A DNA stretch of 63,723 bases, the filler included, from Octopus bimaculoides (taxonomy: Eukaryota), in the NCBI RefSeq assembly GCF_001194135.2. It is 6 parts of 6 records of this genome, joined end to end, with 100 filler letters (N's around TTAATTAATTAA, not from the genome) between each part and the next. Parts side by side here need not be neighbours in the genome. Positions count along the whole stretch, not along the records: positions 62,254 to 63,723 come from NW_026415331.1; 5 more parts are not named here. The stretch is one strand, 5' to 3'. Both the position numbers and the translations under genes were made by a program. The notes beneath the pieces are model-generated. The model worked only from the letters and a program-made list of their open reading frames with translations, was not told the origin of the DNA and made no database searches. Below, one piece after another: positions 63,551-63,723 of this stretch. The stretch's first letter is position 1. Each line of letters begins with the position of its first letter.

Positions 63551-63723
63551 TAATAATAATAATAATAATAACCATGCTGTGTATCTGAGGAATGCTTGAG
63601 GTATAGCTAGGCTTTAGTACAACTTAGAAGCGGGATTAAAACTCAGGTCAAGAGGTGGTATCCTATTTCATGTTTACGCAACAATTTTCATGTGAAATTA
63701 AAATGTTTACTGTTGTGGTTGCT

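Noticed and set aside
1-63723. CRISPR arrays, operons or prokaryotic defence systems
   Set aside because: Spliceosomal-intron gene, SINEs and microsatellites show eukaryotic DNA; no repeat-spacer periodicity seen

Overview
Eukaryotic, AT-rich, microsatellite- and SINE-dense DNA; the repeat content looks like Octopus (coleoid cephalopod), which is inference. The window is not one locus. Five identical 100-nt spacers (44 N + TTAATTAATTAA + 44 N) join six unlinked scaffolds: 1-25239, 25340-55965, 56066-59330, 59431-60634, 60735-62153, 62254-63723. Scaffold 1 carries 15 frame-compatible GT-AG exons (2140 nt, ~713 codons) of the middle of SZT2, the KICSTOR scaffold and mTORC1 regulator, on the + strand; the gene is truncated at both ends. 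Its introns hold CpG-decayed SINEs, RTE LINE pieces, a DD37D-like Tc1/mariner remnant, Helitron fragments and MITEs. I see no host exons in the other scaffolds. They hold CpG-retaining SINEs, RTE remnants, a Penelope-like RT fragment and 3-4 short elements with minimal type I hammerhead ribozyme motifs of the Penelope type. One hammerhead is the 3' tail of a tRNA-headed (Pol III) SINE-like element and is the most interesting signal. No prokaryotic features, CRISPR arrays, rRNA or genuine tRNA genes were seen. Most listed ORFs are microsatellite or N-gap artefacts.
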